DNA of 64,000 nucleotides from Octopus vulgaris (taxonomy: Eukaryota): NCBI GenBank assembly GCA_951406725.2, contig OX597823.1, positions 75,640,001 through 75,704,000 on the forward strand, written 5' to 3'. The notes under the pieces are model-generated. The model did not search any database. It was not told the origin of the DNA and worked only from the letters and a program-made list of their open reading frames with translations. The position numbers were made by a program, and so were the translations under genes. Positions 1-12,966 of the stretch are shown here, in pieces. Every line of letters starts with the position of its first letter. The first letter of the stretch is position 1.

Positions 1-1257
1 TATAACTGTCCTGTTTCTAAGGTTTGTATTCAGCAACATGTCATGATTATCATCACTGTTCCCATTGTCATAATCATCATTATCTTCATCTTCACGGATC
101 TCGTCGTTCCTATTGACGTCATCATCATTCCCTTTTCAAATTTCTATTCATTCAGCAAATAAAATTTTGCTATGTCAGAAATGATATAAGGGAAAAACTG
201 GGGAATTGTCTTCATAATTTAAACTAACTATGCGATGGTCATCTAATTCCTTGAATTTACCATTGCAGCTGGCACGCACGTCATGATTTGGTATATCGAT
301 ACCTTACATATCGCCCCTCCAAATATAATCAGTTGTGTATTTGTTTTGCTAATTGATGGTTTTGTTTTCAAATCATCATAAATCGAATTTATAACCGATA
401 GATTGTGTTAGTTCGGATAATTTGCATTTTTAACAAAGTATGTTATCATTTATATTTTGGAAAGGGAATTCTAAGTGCAACATATTCAATAGATTTCTGT
501 CCAACATATGAATATTCTGTTAATGTTCCTGTCAATTTCTAAATACATTAATTAATACTCGTCATAGCTGTACATTTTTCGATGATTTTAAATTCGAGTT
601 CTGTAACATTTAACTCCAAACCCATAGGACATATCAGCAAATAGACTAGGTGGAATACTATATAGTAATGTTTATTTTTTTATAATTTCAGTTGGAATGT
701 ACGAACAAATAATGTATGTTCTTCAGATTACGTAACTTCTTCTAAATATGTACAAGATACTACGAGAAATTATATAAATAGATACGATTCCTCTCATAGC
801 TTCGAATTGAATCATTCGTGAATATAATTTTGATATTTCAAAATATATAAAAAGCGTTCTCGATGAAAGAGTTGAAAGTATAAGAGTTCCTGTTTTATGT
901 CTTATACTACTTTTTTAGGCATTTATTATTAGGTCTTCAGATCTACTTCTGATTATACTTTAAAAAATTCTATTCTAACGATAACTGTATAAATGGCTTG
1001 AGTGAATGTACTTATGCTGGGAGTTATCATATTTGAACCAAGATTCAGAAATCACCGATCTGGAAAATTATTTCAGTGAATGTCATAAAACGAAGTCAAG
1101 TGGTGCTTTGTAGATGTTTTGTGTCCTGCATTTGATACTGAACTCTCCTTTAATGAAATATTCTAGAAATAAATGAATGGTAACTTTTTAAAGGATCGGC
1201 TTTCTCCTTAAGTCGATCATATAAATTTTATATATATATATATATGTAAATCAAAAG

Positions 1258-1654
1258 TAAGGATGAAAAAATTGGATATTAAAATAATAACATCAATTTA
1301 ACACCAAGTGGTTTAGCGCATAAAAACTGGGATACAGTAAAAATTAATACACACATATAAGAGAGGGTCCACTATATGGACGCTCTTGCGCTAAAAATAG
1401 ATTCGCAATGGTCTCAACCACCAAGAATTGTTCCCAAGGAGAATTAGCACAATTATGAACATAGTTGTGCTAATTCTCCTGGGCAACAATTCTTGGTGGC
1501 TGAGACCATTGCGGATCTATTTTTAGCGCAAGAGTGTCAACATAGTGGACCCTCTCTTATATTTGTGTATTAAGTTTTACTGTATCCCAGTTTTTATGCG
1601 CTAAACCACTTGGTGCTAAATTGATGTTATTAAATTAATATCCAATTTTTTCAC

Positions 1655-1659
<5 letters not shown>
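1258..1659. repeat. 402-bp foldback: 200-bp inverted arms with a 2-nt spacer, between (TA)n tracts; probable inverted PLE pseudo-LTR (pLTR) remnant
   Basis: 1258-1457 is the reverse complement of 1460-1659, with about 14 mismatches by hand count. The centre reads agcacaattatg-aa-catagttgtgct. (TA)n lies on both sides. Confidence 0.9.
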
Positions 1660-1693
<34 letters not shown>

Positions 1694-1771
1694 TACATAT
1701 ACATACATACACACATATATATATACATATACATACATACACACACACATACACACACACACACACACACG

Positions 1772-1805
<34 letters not shown>

Positions 1806-2757
1806 CATACACGCACATACATAGTTGTACACTCTTGCACATAAAATCACAATCACCATTATCAGGGAAGCAAAATATTTCTTACTAAAGACAGAGATTG
1901 GTTGTCAATGATTTGAGATGTCGAGGTTAATATATAAAGATATTTTAGTAATTGAATTACAAGGAGAATATAGAATATAATAAGTGCATAGTTAATGGTT
2001 TTCCTCCATTCACTACAAAATATTTTGCAGAATGAGATTTCTTTGTGTAAACTTGTTTAAATTCTTCTGTAATCGACACTTCATCTTCTATAGAATATAT
2101 AGAAATTTGACTTAGCGAAGTTCTAGATTTTTGAATTGCTCGAGAACATCAATGCATTTAGAATAACTCATTGTGATGTAAGTGGAAAATAACAGAAGAG
2201 TTTAGAAAGAGGCGTTATAACTTTCATAGAGCTGATAATAAATGCATTCTTTTAATGTAATCTGCTTTCTTAGTTGTTTCTTTTCATTTACGAAATTAAA
2301 CAAGAATGAGCACTACTCTTCTATTGGTCAGATGTATAAATGAAGATATGTTACTTTGTAACATTGATGATAAAGAAAAACCTGCAATTTGTTGAATGCA
2401 TATTAGCAATGGTGTAAATTGCTATTCATGATAATTAATTGGAAATTTATAGAATTCATATCACAGTAACAGATTCTTTTGCAGATTATTTATTTTGTAT
2501 CTTTGTCTCGATGTGTAGTAATCGTTGCAGTCAAAAAGTGTTAAGACTCTTTGTTTTGTACAAGTAAATATTTATATGTGTAAGTTTGTGTGCGCCTGGG
2601 TGTGAGAATGTATGTGTATATTATATACATATGTAAGTGTGTGTGTGTGTGTATACACACATATTTTACTTTACTCTTAAGGTAAAACAAAGTACTCCAT
2701 TTGGTGAGAGATAAGCATTGTTTAATGTACACAGTATATTGTTATCGCCTACTGATA

Positions 2758-4011
2758 TTGGGTTGGCAAGAATGTAATTTCGTTTTTTTGTGTGAAAATA
2801 AGTAATCTTTTCTTCATACAATGAATGAAATTTAATCAGTTATACATTTTCCAGTTTCTCCGATGATCTTTTGCCATCTTTCTGCCGACTTCATGAATCC
2901 GTGCTCATAGAACGCCTGGTCCTTATCAGCCAAACACTGAAGCAAGTGCGATTTCAGGTCATCATCATTATTGAAAGTTTTATCATTCAAAGAATTTGGT
3001 AAACGTCGAGATAAATGGCAAGCTGCTGGTGTAAGTTCAGGGCTATATGTTGTATGTGACATCCATTCCAAACAAGGCTCAAATAATTTTTCATGAGTTA
3101 GCAAAGACGTTTCTGGTCTAGCTTTGTTATGGTGTAACACGATTCCTTTACGAGTTGTCATTTTTGACCGTTTGTCTTTGATTGCTTCCTACAGTTTCAG
3201 GAGTCGTTGACAGTAAGTATCTAAACTGATCATGTGATTCATTGAAAGTAGCTCAAAATACACAACGCATTTGTAATCCCACCAAATTGACAGCATGAAC
3301 TTTTTTATGCAATTCAGCTTTCCATGTGTTTTTGCACGTTCATTACGCTTGGACCATGATCATTTTCTATTGATTCTATTGTAGATTATCCATATTTTAT
3401 CACCATTGATGATCCGTTTAAAAAAAAGATCGATTTCATTGCATTTGAGATGCATTTCACAAATATTGATTTATGTTAGGTGACACTTATCCAATTTATG
3501 TGGAACCAAAATATCGAGCTTCTTAAGGAGTCACGGATATTTTAAGTGATTTTCAGTTGTATGTGATACATTTAACGTCTCTGTAATATCTCGCACATTT
3601 ATATGACAATCAGATTCAATTATGGCTTTGATTCGGTCCTCATCAACTTCACTAGGTTGAGCAGAACGTTGGACATCTTTGAGTGAACAATCTCCAGTAC
3701 GGAATTTATAAAACAGTTTCTGACATATGTATTCTGTTAAGCAATCGACACCATAAACTTCACATATCTCTTTCTGAGCCTCGGCGGCTTTCTTGCATTT
3801 ATGGAAATAGTAAAATCAAAATATGGCGAAAACTTTTGCTCTGTGTGTTAAAATTGACACTGAACTAGCAGGTGTAAACGAAACTACGCGCAATTTTCTG
3901 AAAGTAATGGCTATCAAATTTCAAATGGAATACATTATAGCACTGACAAAAGTCATCCAAAATAATCTTAACTCTGTTTCCGAAAAATAAAAATGCTTTG
4001 TTGCCAACCAA
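2758..4011 (-). mobile_element. Decayed full-length mariner (Tc1/mariner, DD34D-type) DNA transposon
   Basis: TIRs ttgggttggcaa...ttgccaaccaa flanked by TA; length about 1.25 kb. Minus-strand remnants: FRHILIL at the N-terminus, then IVLHHNKARP, YSPELTPAACHL and FYEHGFMKSAERWQKII (ORF 2832-3161). Stops and frameshifts are present. Confidence 0.93.
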
Positions 4012-4576
4012 TAGCTTGATAAATTGAAAATATTACCTACACTCGTTTAAAAACTCGCCAAGTGCCTCCATGTAATCTGGGGCTGTGGGTATGGGCCTAT
4101 ACTAGCTGAAAATCAGGGCAATGTAACTAGTGAAATCTCGAGAAATAACAAATTGAAACTGAGTTCAAATAGTGGAATGAAAATGAAAGGAAATTAGAAA
4201 AACATGTGGAATTAGAGTTCCCGCTGACTGTGATCATAGGTCTAGATACTGTAGAGTCAATGGAAGGAATCCAAAATCAGTCTGCGCAGACTTTATATAT
4301 CCCTCGGTACCAGCCGTATTTATCACGACCTACATTCTCTTTCAGTCGCTGACTGAAATAAACCGTGACTTCCTTTAAAGATATCGTCAGGATAATCGTG
4401 GCAGATTTTAAAAAAAGAGTTAAGAAAAGGATATTGCGATCTACTCATTGTTGATCAACGTAGTAGATATTTAAGCCAAATTTCCTGCCTGATGCTTTCT
4501 TATAAAACAAATATAAGAAGATTCTATCAATTTATTTTTTTGCAGAAATGTTAAATAATGAAAGTACATGTATAGC

Positions 4577-5504
4577 ATTAGCTTACCCGGTCCTAGCGTG
4601 TGAGTTTGCATAGAAAACTATGATCAAATGTAAAATGGAGTACATCGTTGACCTGTTTTTATTATAGCATGTACGTTACATGATATATTGTTCGACTTCG
4701 GCTACAGTGCGAGAAAGGTAACTGAGACTGAAATGAAATTGATTGAAAACCACTCTCTTTCTTCACCAAGATTCAAAACAGATTGAATAATTTTATACAA
4801 ACTAAAAGATTGAGAAACGTGTAGTGTTAAATAGTGCAATGCTTCTTTAGTTTTTCAAGATATTCGGACGCGACTTAACGTCTCAGAAACGTTGAAAATT
4901 ATTATAGTTCAGGATGTTTTGTTACCCAGAAGCCACATCACTACTTCTGCTTTTCGATATTATTGCCTCCCGGTGAGTCAGTCATACTGTGAGTCAGTCA
5001 TACAGTGTGATATTTTAAATTGTTGCAATTCAAAATAAACCTAATTACATAAACATTACCTAACTAATTACCATTTCTAACGACAGAAAATCAAACTGAC
5101 ATAGACAAACACTTTACTCTACTACATTAAAAGGATGTTTATCTAATACTTTCAAATGATAAGACACACCTTAAAAAATAGTAAAAATACAAATATTGTG
5201 CAGACAATTTAATTTAGGTTGTTTCTCTTTTTCGACAGGTGATTAAAATTAATAAATTAATTTATATTTATAGAAAGAATTATAAATATGATAAAAACTA
5301 AAATTAACAAATTGCAAAATTTTGATATGAAAGAGAAAAATGTTACTATAGTAAATTTCATAGTAACATTTTCTCGTTTACTCGTTACAACAGGAAATAT
5401 TTGTCATCACACCATAAAATATAGTATTTTTTAATGCATATTAGTTTAATAGCAAATTTATAGTTAATTTAATAGCGCTGTTGCTTTTATATATATGTAT
5501 TGAT
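4577..5504 (+). mobile_element. Possible decayed Helentron/HINE-like non-autonomous element
   Basis: Starts attagcttacccggtc and ends gcttttatatatatgtattgat, resembling the termini of the clearer copy at 14353-14740. Confidence 0.3.
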
Positions 5505-6267
5505 ATTTGTAGTTCTGCATAAACTTCAGCTTAACAACGAAATAACAGAAAAACGAAAAGCAGACGACTGGAAATATATCCTATTAATTATTGTAATGGA
5601 AACAAGCAAAACATAGAGAACAACAACAAAAGCAAGTCTCTATAGCTACAGCAGTAACAACAACAGTAAATAGTAATATGTCATATATTTGCAACATATA
5701 GAGTTGACGTGTATTCAATTTAATGCATATATACACACAGACAAATATTTATGTGTCCATCTATGTATGTGTGAGTGAGTGAGTGAGTGTGCTTGTGTAT
5801 TTGTGAATGTCTGTATTTAATCAAGTGAAAAACAATACAATTACAGACACCCAAGACTTATGGCATTTCAGAAAAAAATCATCGATTGGTTTCACGTAGC
5901 GCATTACGACACTCGGTGGGTAGTGTTACTCCTTAAGCGGATGTGCAAATATATAGACACTGGATTGATGATGGCTCACAAAATTTGTGCGTAATGTATA
6001 TAGTAGTTATTGCAATCACTGTAACGGGGAAAGCCATGACAGTGAAACGCTTAAATCTTCATTAAAACAAAATTTCTACAAAGAAGAGGAATACATGACC
6101 GTCTGGGAAAATTTGCATTTCCGCACAACGAAATTTAGGATAATTTCTATTTTACCTGATTCAAATGGAATATGTATATACATACGTGCTTATATTTAAT
6201 CATACATACATACTTACGTACGTACACACATACATACATACATACATATACATACACACATACACAT

Positions 6268-6308
<41 letters not shown>

Positions 6309-6335
6309 TCAAAATTCTATTAAAATTAGATATAT

Positions 6336-6592
6336 ATAAAGGGTGATTCAAAAGTCGCCATACATAGGAACAATTTATTTTTTTATACGAAACAGCTTAT
6401 TGCAAAAGTTCTTTTTATTTAACAGGCTCTGTATGGTTACCATTGTTTTGAATAGAGATTGCAATACTTTTACTCCAGTCATTGTGAACTCTTAATAGCA
6501 CCGCTGGTGATATGTGTGCAAATGAGTTGGTGATGCGTTCCTTCAAATGATTTATGTCTTTTATCTTTCCGCGATACACCATCACTTTCTAC
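6336..6592 (-). mobile_element. 3' end of a Tc1/mariner-superfamily transposon (transposase C-terminus plus TIR)
   Basis: Minus strand reads KVMVYRGKIKDINHLKERITNSFAHISPAVLLRVHNDWSKSIAISIQNNGNHTE, matching the Tc1-like VY...LK..I...G.H.E C-terminus. Ends in a ta-aagggtg TIR-like sequence. Confidence 0.65.
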
Positions 6593-6610
6593 TTAGTAGT
6601 AGTAGTAGTA

Positions 6611-6702
<92 letters not shown>

Positions 6703-6730
6703 AAGGGGAGGAGGAGGAGGAAGGGGAGGT
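6593..6730. repeat. Compound microsatellite (AGT)n(AAT)n followed by (GGA)n
   Basis: Directly visible; explains the poly-N, poly-I and poly-S ORFs. Confidence 0.97.
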
Positions 6731-6901
6731 AGATGAAAAGGGGAGGAGGATAGTGTTGCTGCTAATGGTACGTAGAACGAGAGGATCTTAATGGACAAGC
6801 AATGAAAAAATTAAGGTGAAAAAATATGAAATTAAAATGAAACTAAAAAATATAATTAAAGGTAATAACAGTATCCATGTTACACAAACCCCACCCCACG
6901 A

Positions 6902-6932
<31 letters not shown>

Positions 6933-7598
6933 CATAGACACACATGCATGCACATACACACATATACAGACACACACACACACATATATATTCAACACAT
7001 ACACTTTTACACAAGTATCGACACACACGAATACGGACAAGCATGGTTTTTTGAAACTATTGAATTAAATTTGTGTAATACGACTCAAAATACTTTATTG
7101 AACATATCACATATTTAAAGTGCATTAAACCATATTAGATCTATGATAGAAAAGCGTATCAAATCCCGTAGAGACATTTGCTTGATGCCATAGCATCACA
7201 TTTAATTGATGTATATCATTAGCCACACTAATCGGCTATAGCAAAATCATACCGGTATTTATTATGCCCCAGATTTTAGTATCCTCTCATAAAGACATAT
7301 CTAAACGGGTTTCAAAATCGAAGCTGACGTTTGGATTACAAAGTTTCTGCATCTTAAGAAAGGAAATGTAAATTATAATTCTGGGAATCATTTAGAACAA
7401 CTTTCATATCGGTTCCGAATCACCAGAAATCTTCTGGTATCAACTAGTATACATAATCACGACATTGTTTATATTATCTGTGTAGTATCAATAACCCAAA
7501 TGTATAATCTATAAAGAGTTTTCATCAATATACTTCATTAGCACCATATATAATATATAATACATATATACACACACACACACACACACAGTAATAGG

Positions 7599-7681
<83 letters not shown>

Positions 7682-7747
7682 CATACATATATATGTATGT
7701 ATGCATGTATGTAGGTATGCATCTGCCTATATCCCCTCTCTCTTTCT

Positions 7748-7800
<53 letters not shown>

Positions 7801-8317
7801 ATTATATATATATATATATACATCCATCCAGACATACAAACAAATATACATACAGCGAAAGGGGACATCTAGTGATAATTCTTAAGGAATTTGCAAATCT
7901 AGTATCCAACATGCATTTTCTGCATTATAACTTTTATTGTTGGGTAATAGATTGAGTACCAACCCATCTGGTGCAACGTATGGATAACATTGAAATCTTG
8001 AGGAGAGAATGCAAATTAATTCATACCCTATAAAGGATGACAATATCTGGGAGTACCTGTGATACATATAAGGAACAGTGATAGATGTACAAAGTAACCA
8101 TAAATAATAAAAAATGTATAAATAGATAAATAAATAAATTCATATTAAGTGCACGGATGTAAACAGTATATGAAGCTACCCCTTACACGCACACACACAA
8201 ATTTCCCGGACAGCCACAACAATATCAACGACACGAATAACAACGACAGCAACAACGATGACAATAACAACATCAAATATATATAATATATATAATACAC
8301 ACACACACACACATATG

Positions 8318-8374
<57 letters not shown>

Positions 8375-8479
8375 CTCGACCCAAGCAAGGGTTTCTGTAT
8401 CACCTGGATCCATTCCAAGTGACTTCATAGTTGTCCTTATGCCATCCTTAAATTTTTTTTTAGGTTTTCACTCGATCGA

Positions 8480-8960
8480 GCAGGATGGCGAACAAAAGTA
8501 TGGAGTAGAGTGAAAGTGTTTGAAAAAGCGAGGATAACGCATGCACGACTCAAAGGAGATTTAAGGGAGAATGCAACGATCGAGAAGGTGACTCACAATG
8601 ATTTTCTTGTGTTCACAGTTTGTGACAAACCATGCCTTTCTTTTGCTGGGCTCAAATTTCATTTGTGAACGGACGGTAAACGAACCTCCACCAACTATTC
8701 TGGCTCTATGTCTGTGCACACCTTTGAATGCAATGTGTGCTAGCAGGTTGCAAATCTAACTGACGTCTCAAATTACGTTTTAAGATTCACATGATCAGTA
8801 ATCATCTGCAGCTCTTAGTGGGCCAATCGGATATTCAATCTATGTGGGTGTCTTTTCAGAACATTATCTGGTTTAAAAAGTCACATCAGATGCCATGACG
8901 GTTCTAGTGTATAGGTACAGGAAGAGGTCAAACTCTGCATAAGGTGTAGACAATCGCATA
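8480..8960 (+). mobile_element. 3' fragment of an RTE-type LINE (C-terminal C2H2-like fingers) with a (CA)n tail
   Basis: Decayed VCDKPCLSFAGLKFHL and TFECNVC...KIH* motifs, then a short 3' UTR and (CA)n. Confidence 0.55.
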
Positions 8961-9029
8961 CACACACACATACACGCGCACACATATGCACACACGCGCG
9001 CACACACACACATATATATAAACGTGTAT

Positions 9030-9262
9030 ACGTGTTTTAATCAATAAATATCTTGACAGTTGCCATAGTATCGAAATTAAAGCGGCTTGGCACAGATTGC
9101 ATGCCTGCTAAGCTTTAACGTCCTAGCTCACTTCCACTGTTTACAGCAGTGCTTGGAAGGAATGTGTGTAACGTGTGATCGTCGCACTGACTATGACAGA
9201 GAAAGTTGAAGAGAGAATCTGCATAAAATTTAGCCAAAATCTTGGCAGCTCCTTCCCAAATG
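9030..9262 (+). mobile_element. 5' fragment of a mariner element
   Basis: MTEKVEERICIKF, a mariner N-terminal HTH start, near 9193. Confidence 0.65.
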
Positions 9263-9850
9263 ACTTTGTAATGTTTTGAAAAGGTTTTCATGGTCCTCCA
9301 CACAATCAAGTTGGTCGTGTGCAACTAAAACCTGAGTGTCTTTTTTTCAACTGAAAGCGGTCTTTGCACTAATTGGCAGACTCGCATCTCATACTCAAAT
9401 CTTCAGATATAACGGACTGAACTGAACTGCACATCCTCTTACGGATGATGGTTCGATGATTTCCATTACAGCTACACGCACATCTGCGGTATTTTTCTCA
9501 GAACCGTCAATATATAGACATGTTTCTGCCATTTTGGAGACGTCGAAAGACCTCGTATATTTGTGTGCGGTTTATAAATCCCTCTACATTTAATTGCCGA
9601 AACGCTGCATATACCTCTGAACGGGTATCGCCATCACAACTTTCTCTGTGATTCTTAACGTGAGGATCACACGCTACACACCTTCCTTTCATGCATTGCT
9701 GTAAACAACGGAAGTGTGCTAGAATTTTAAAACTTAGAGTGCATGCACAAGCGAGTTCACGTTCACTACTTGCCAAGCAGCTTCACACTGTGTTCTTTAG
9801 CTTCGTTACAATGGCAGAAGTCCCGATACTTATTGATCAGACTTCATGTA
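9263..9850 (-). mobile_element. 5' fragment of a related mariner in the opposite orientation
   Basis: Minus strand SEVYAAF...INRTQIYEVFRRLQNGR (mariner HTH region). Its upstream sequence is an inverted relative of 9120-9200. Confidence 0.6.
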
Positions 9851-9856
9851 TATATT

Positions 9857-9887
<31 letters not shown>

Positions 9888-9896
9888 TCACACACA

Positions 9897-9934
<38 letters not shown>

Positions 9935-10029
9935 TATATGTTTGCGTGTATGTGTGTGCGTGTGTCTTTGTATGTGAATGCAGGTATGTGTGTAGTTATG
10001 TATGATCAATAGGGATGCGTTGCCACTTC

Positions 10030-10380
10030 TGCGTCGCGTTTGAAGAATTTTAATGCTAGAAGGAAAATATGCTTCTATATATATGAATAGGGAATTTGCA
10101 ATGAAAATATTTCTTTTGATAAAACCGTCCATTGCAGATGATAAGTTAAACAATATCTCACATAATCCTACTTATATCAATACTAAAAGAAGACAAATAA
10201 AAGAAACAATTGATCGAATATGTTATCTTCATCCTTATGTAAACATAACGGAAACAACTTCATATAAGTTAGTGCACAAAGATAATACTATGAAGTAAAT
10301 ATATATGGACAGAAGATATAACAAGACGTATATATTTCATGATGAATGATAAATCATGCCGAAATCATTACAATTGCTTC
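10030..10380 (+). mobile_element. Possible 3' remnant of a PLE (end of GIY-YIG domain plus 3' UTR)
   Basis: REFAMKIFLLIKPSI resembles the GIY-YIG C-terminal E..I....KP.LN. A degenerate atgatga-hairpin-cgaaa motif lies near 10340. Confidence 0.3.
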
Positions 10381-11398
10381 AAATATGCTAGCATTCCTGT
10401 AATATATATGCCTCAATTCGGCAAATGCTTCAGAGTGGAAACTAAGCGAAATCTATTTTGTCTGAATTTATACCCATTACTTGCATGACCTGTATATAAA
10501 TGAACATTTTTGTTCATAGCATTTTGATATATTTTATAATGTTGTGTCCGGCACACAATTGTGAAACCTGCTCCAATGTTTTTTTTTTATGATTTCCTTC
10601 TATGTTTCTGGACAGACTTTCACTTGGCGTAATTTCCCAACTAATCGGTACTTGTTATTTTAAACATGGAGTGTGTGGTTACAACTCGCACAAGAAAGAA
10701 AATCTCTTGATATAATGTTATGTTGCAGGATAACTTTAATGAAATGAGTCAAAAGGAAACATTTTTCTACTGAAGCGTCGTTCATGTTCAACAGAAAATC
10801 TATGAGAATCTATGAGGAATTTTGTTTAAAGTGGTCTGCTTTGGATTCTGAAATTTCAAAAATTGAATAAAATATAACTGGAAATGTCCATTCGGCAATG
10901 TAAGTGAAATTTTGTAAGAGCCACAATTACTTCATATATGAAGTTGAGTATAACAATCCTAAAAAGTGAGAGCATATATTTGCTAAATGTTTACAATTTA
11001 TTTATTTGCCATTCAAACCAATGGTAGACGAAAATATTCCAGTTATGTGTTTTGCCATATCAAAATAGGTTTCTTACATATTAGCTAAGTACCTAGAGGG
11101 GTCTAAATTAATTCTTGTCAGTGGTAATTACATAGTTCGGAGTGAAGCACGTACATTATTATTGCTAATTACTTAATCTATGCAATTACCATTTGTGCCA
11201 CTAAAGTTTTGCATTCGGCTATAATTTCAATTAACTTATCTTATCTCTTTTGAGGGAACTGTCAAAATATAGCCTATGTTACAAAACCAAAGATAAGTAA
11301 TATCACGATATCAAGATCGACTCAGTGTCCTAGTTGCTGCTAGGACGATTTTCTACTGACACCAATATACACACATATATATATACATATATACAATG

Positions 11399-11497
<99 letters not shown>

Positions 11498-11989
11498 CAC
11501 ACACACACATATATTATAGATAGATAGTTATAGATCATTAGAAGAATCAATTTATTAGACGCCGTCCAATAAATGTCATCAAATGATTGGAATAATTTTT
11601 GATGGTAATATGCATTATTTATTTAATTTAACCATACAGCTGCTTCTGTCGCAAAAGACCATATTTCAGGTATACAATGCAAGAATATGTATTTCAACAA
11701 AAGGAATACACATCATTCTTGTAAGTCATTTGTAACTCATCAATCAATAATAATTATATATTTCAATGCTTAAAGTTAGTAAATTTAGATATATTCTCTG
11801 TGATCATTATATTGATTACGTTTTCCAGCTAATTTATGTTTTCCCTCATCAAATCAAATTCTCAACTGAAGCTTATAAGCCTAACTTTATTAGTATTTAT
11901 TTCCTTTCATTCATATTATTATCTAGGCATTACTCCCTCCCAATATGTCTAATGGCAAATATATAATATTTGGATTCTCTTTTTCCCAA

Positions 11990-12960
11990 ACATATTGAGG
12001 ATAATAGCTTCGATAAAAACAGAAAACTTGATAAATTCTACGGAAATATAAACACAAAACGTACAGGAAAACGAATAACAAAAAAATTAAAAGAAAACAG
12101 AAATGAAAATATGGATAACTGTCAAAACTCCTAAAAAGACAAAAAGAAATATGAATCTACAACTGATAATAATATTAGAAATCTCACGCAAAAGAAAACT
12201 GTAATTGTAGAGACCCTGAAAGGTGTACGTGAGACATAGATTGCAGAGGAAAAAGCGACAATAACTACACAGGATATGGGCAGATTTTTCTATTTAGGGT
12301 CAATGGTGAACTGGGTTAAATTTAGAACAGCGACTCACGAATTGACATTTAGGGACCAAAATAAAATTAATAGTGCAGAATTATCACAAAAAATATGGCA
12401 ATTGCAAAGAAATAAATTTAACTACGTAATTAAATGGAAGCTTTTGCCACACGCACAAAGTTACAAGACTAATAATACATTCTGTATAAGAAAACTATGA
12501 AATATGGAAAAGAAAAGATGTAAATAACATGAGAAACGAAGAAAATATATATTCATGTAAACACATAAATAAGTATCTGTTTATTGAACTTAAGTGTTGT
12601 ATAAATTAGATTTGACGTCAGTTAAAATTTAAAATCTCAATTATAAATCTATAGCAATACATGAATATATTAACTTAATAACTGAAATTAGTCATTATAA
12701 CAGAAATATATTAAATAACACGAACATTATAAACGGCTACTTAGTCAGAAAAATGTAATAGGAATTATACTCACCTAAAATTGTTTATAACTATGACTAT
12801 ATATATATATACATATATAGTGAATATGAGAGAGTATATGCATATGTCTATGTTTGGACATTTGAATATATACAATGTATACAGATATTTATTTTTTAGG
12901 AAGTTATGTACTTTATTATTAATGTATGTTTGCGCTTTTAAGTTTGCTGGTCAGCCTGCA
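11990..12960 (+). mobile_element. PLE remnant with a Naiad-type GIY-YIG endonuclease region
   Basis: CxCx5Cx5C linker (CNCRDPERCT*DIDC, 12200-12244). Then FYLGS...KFR...HELTF...AELSQKIWQL...IKWKL...SY...C..KL*NMEK and NNMRNE...SCKH, matching YIG..FK.R..H..SF...ELS..IW.LK...C.LC..EK...LN.R.E...CRH. Confidence 0.8.
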
Positions 12961-12966
12961 ATAATA

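Noticed and set aside
1-1200. Acidic reading (DEDNDDYDNGNSDD) on the minus strand and short protein-like stretches
   Set aside because: The first 140 bp is a decayed (ATC)n repeat; the rest has stops in the frames I read and no recognisable motif.
10795-10904. Candidate exon between caacag and gtaagt
   Set aside because: Stops occur in all three frames and there is no supporting context.
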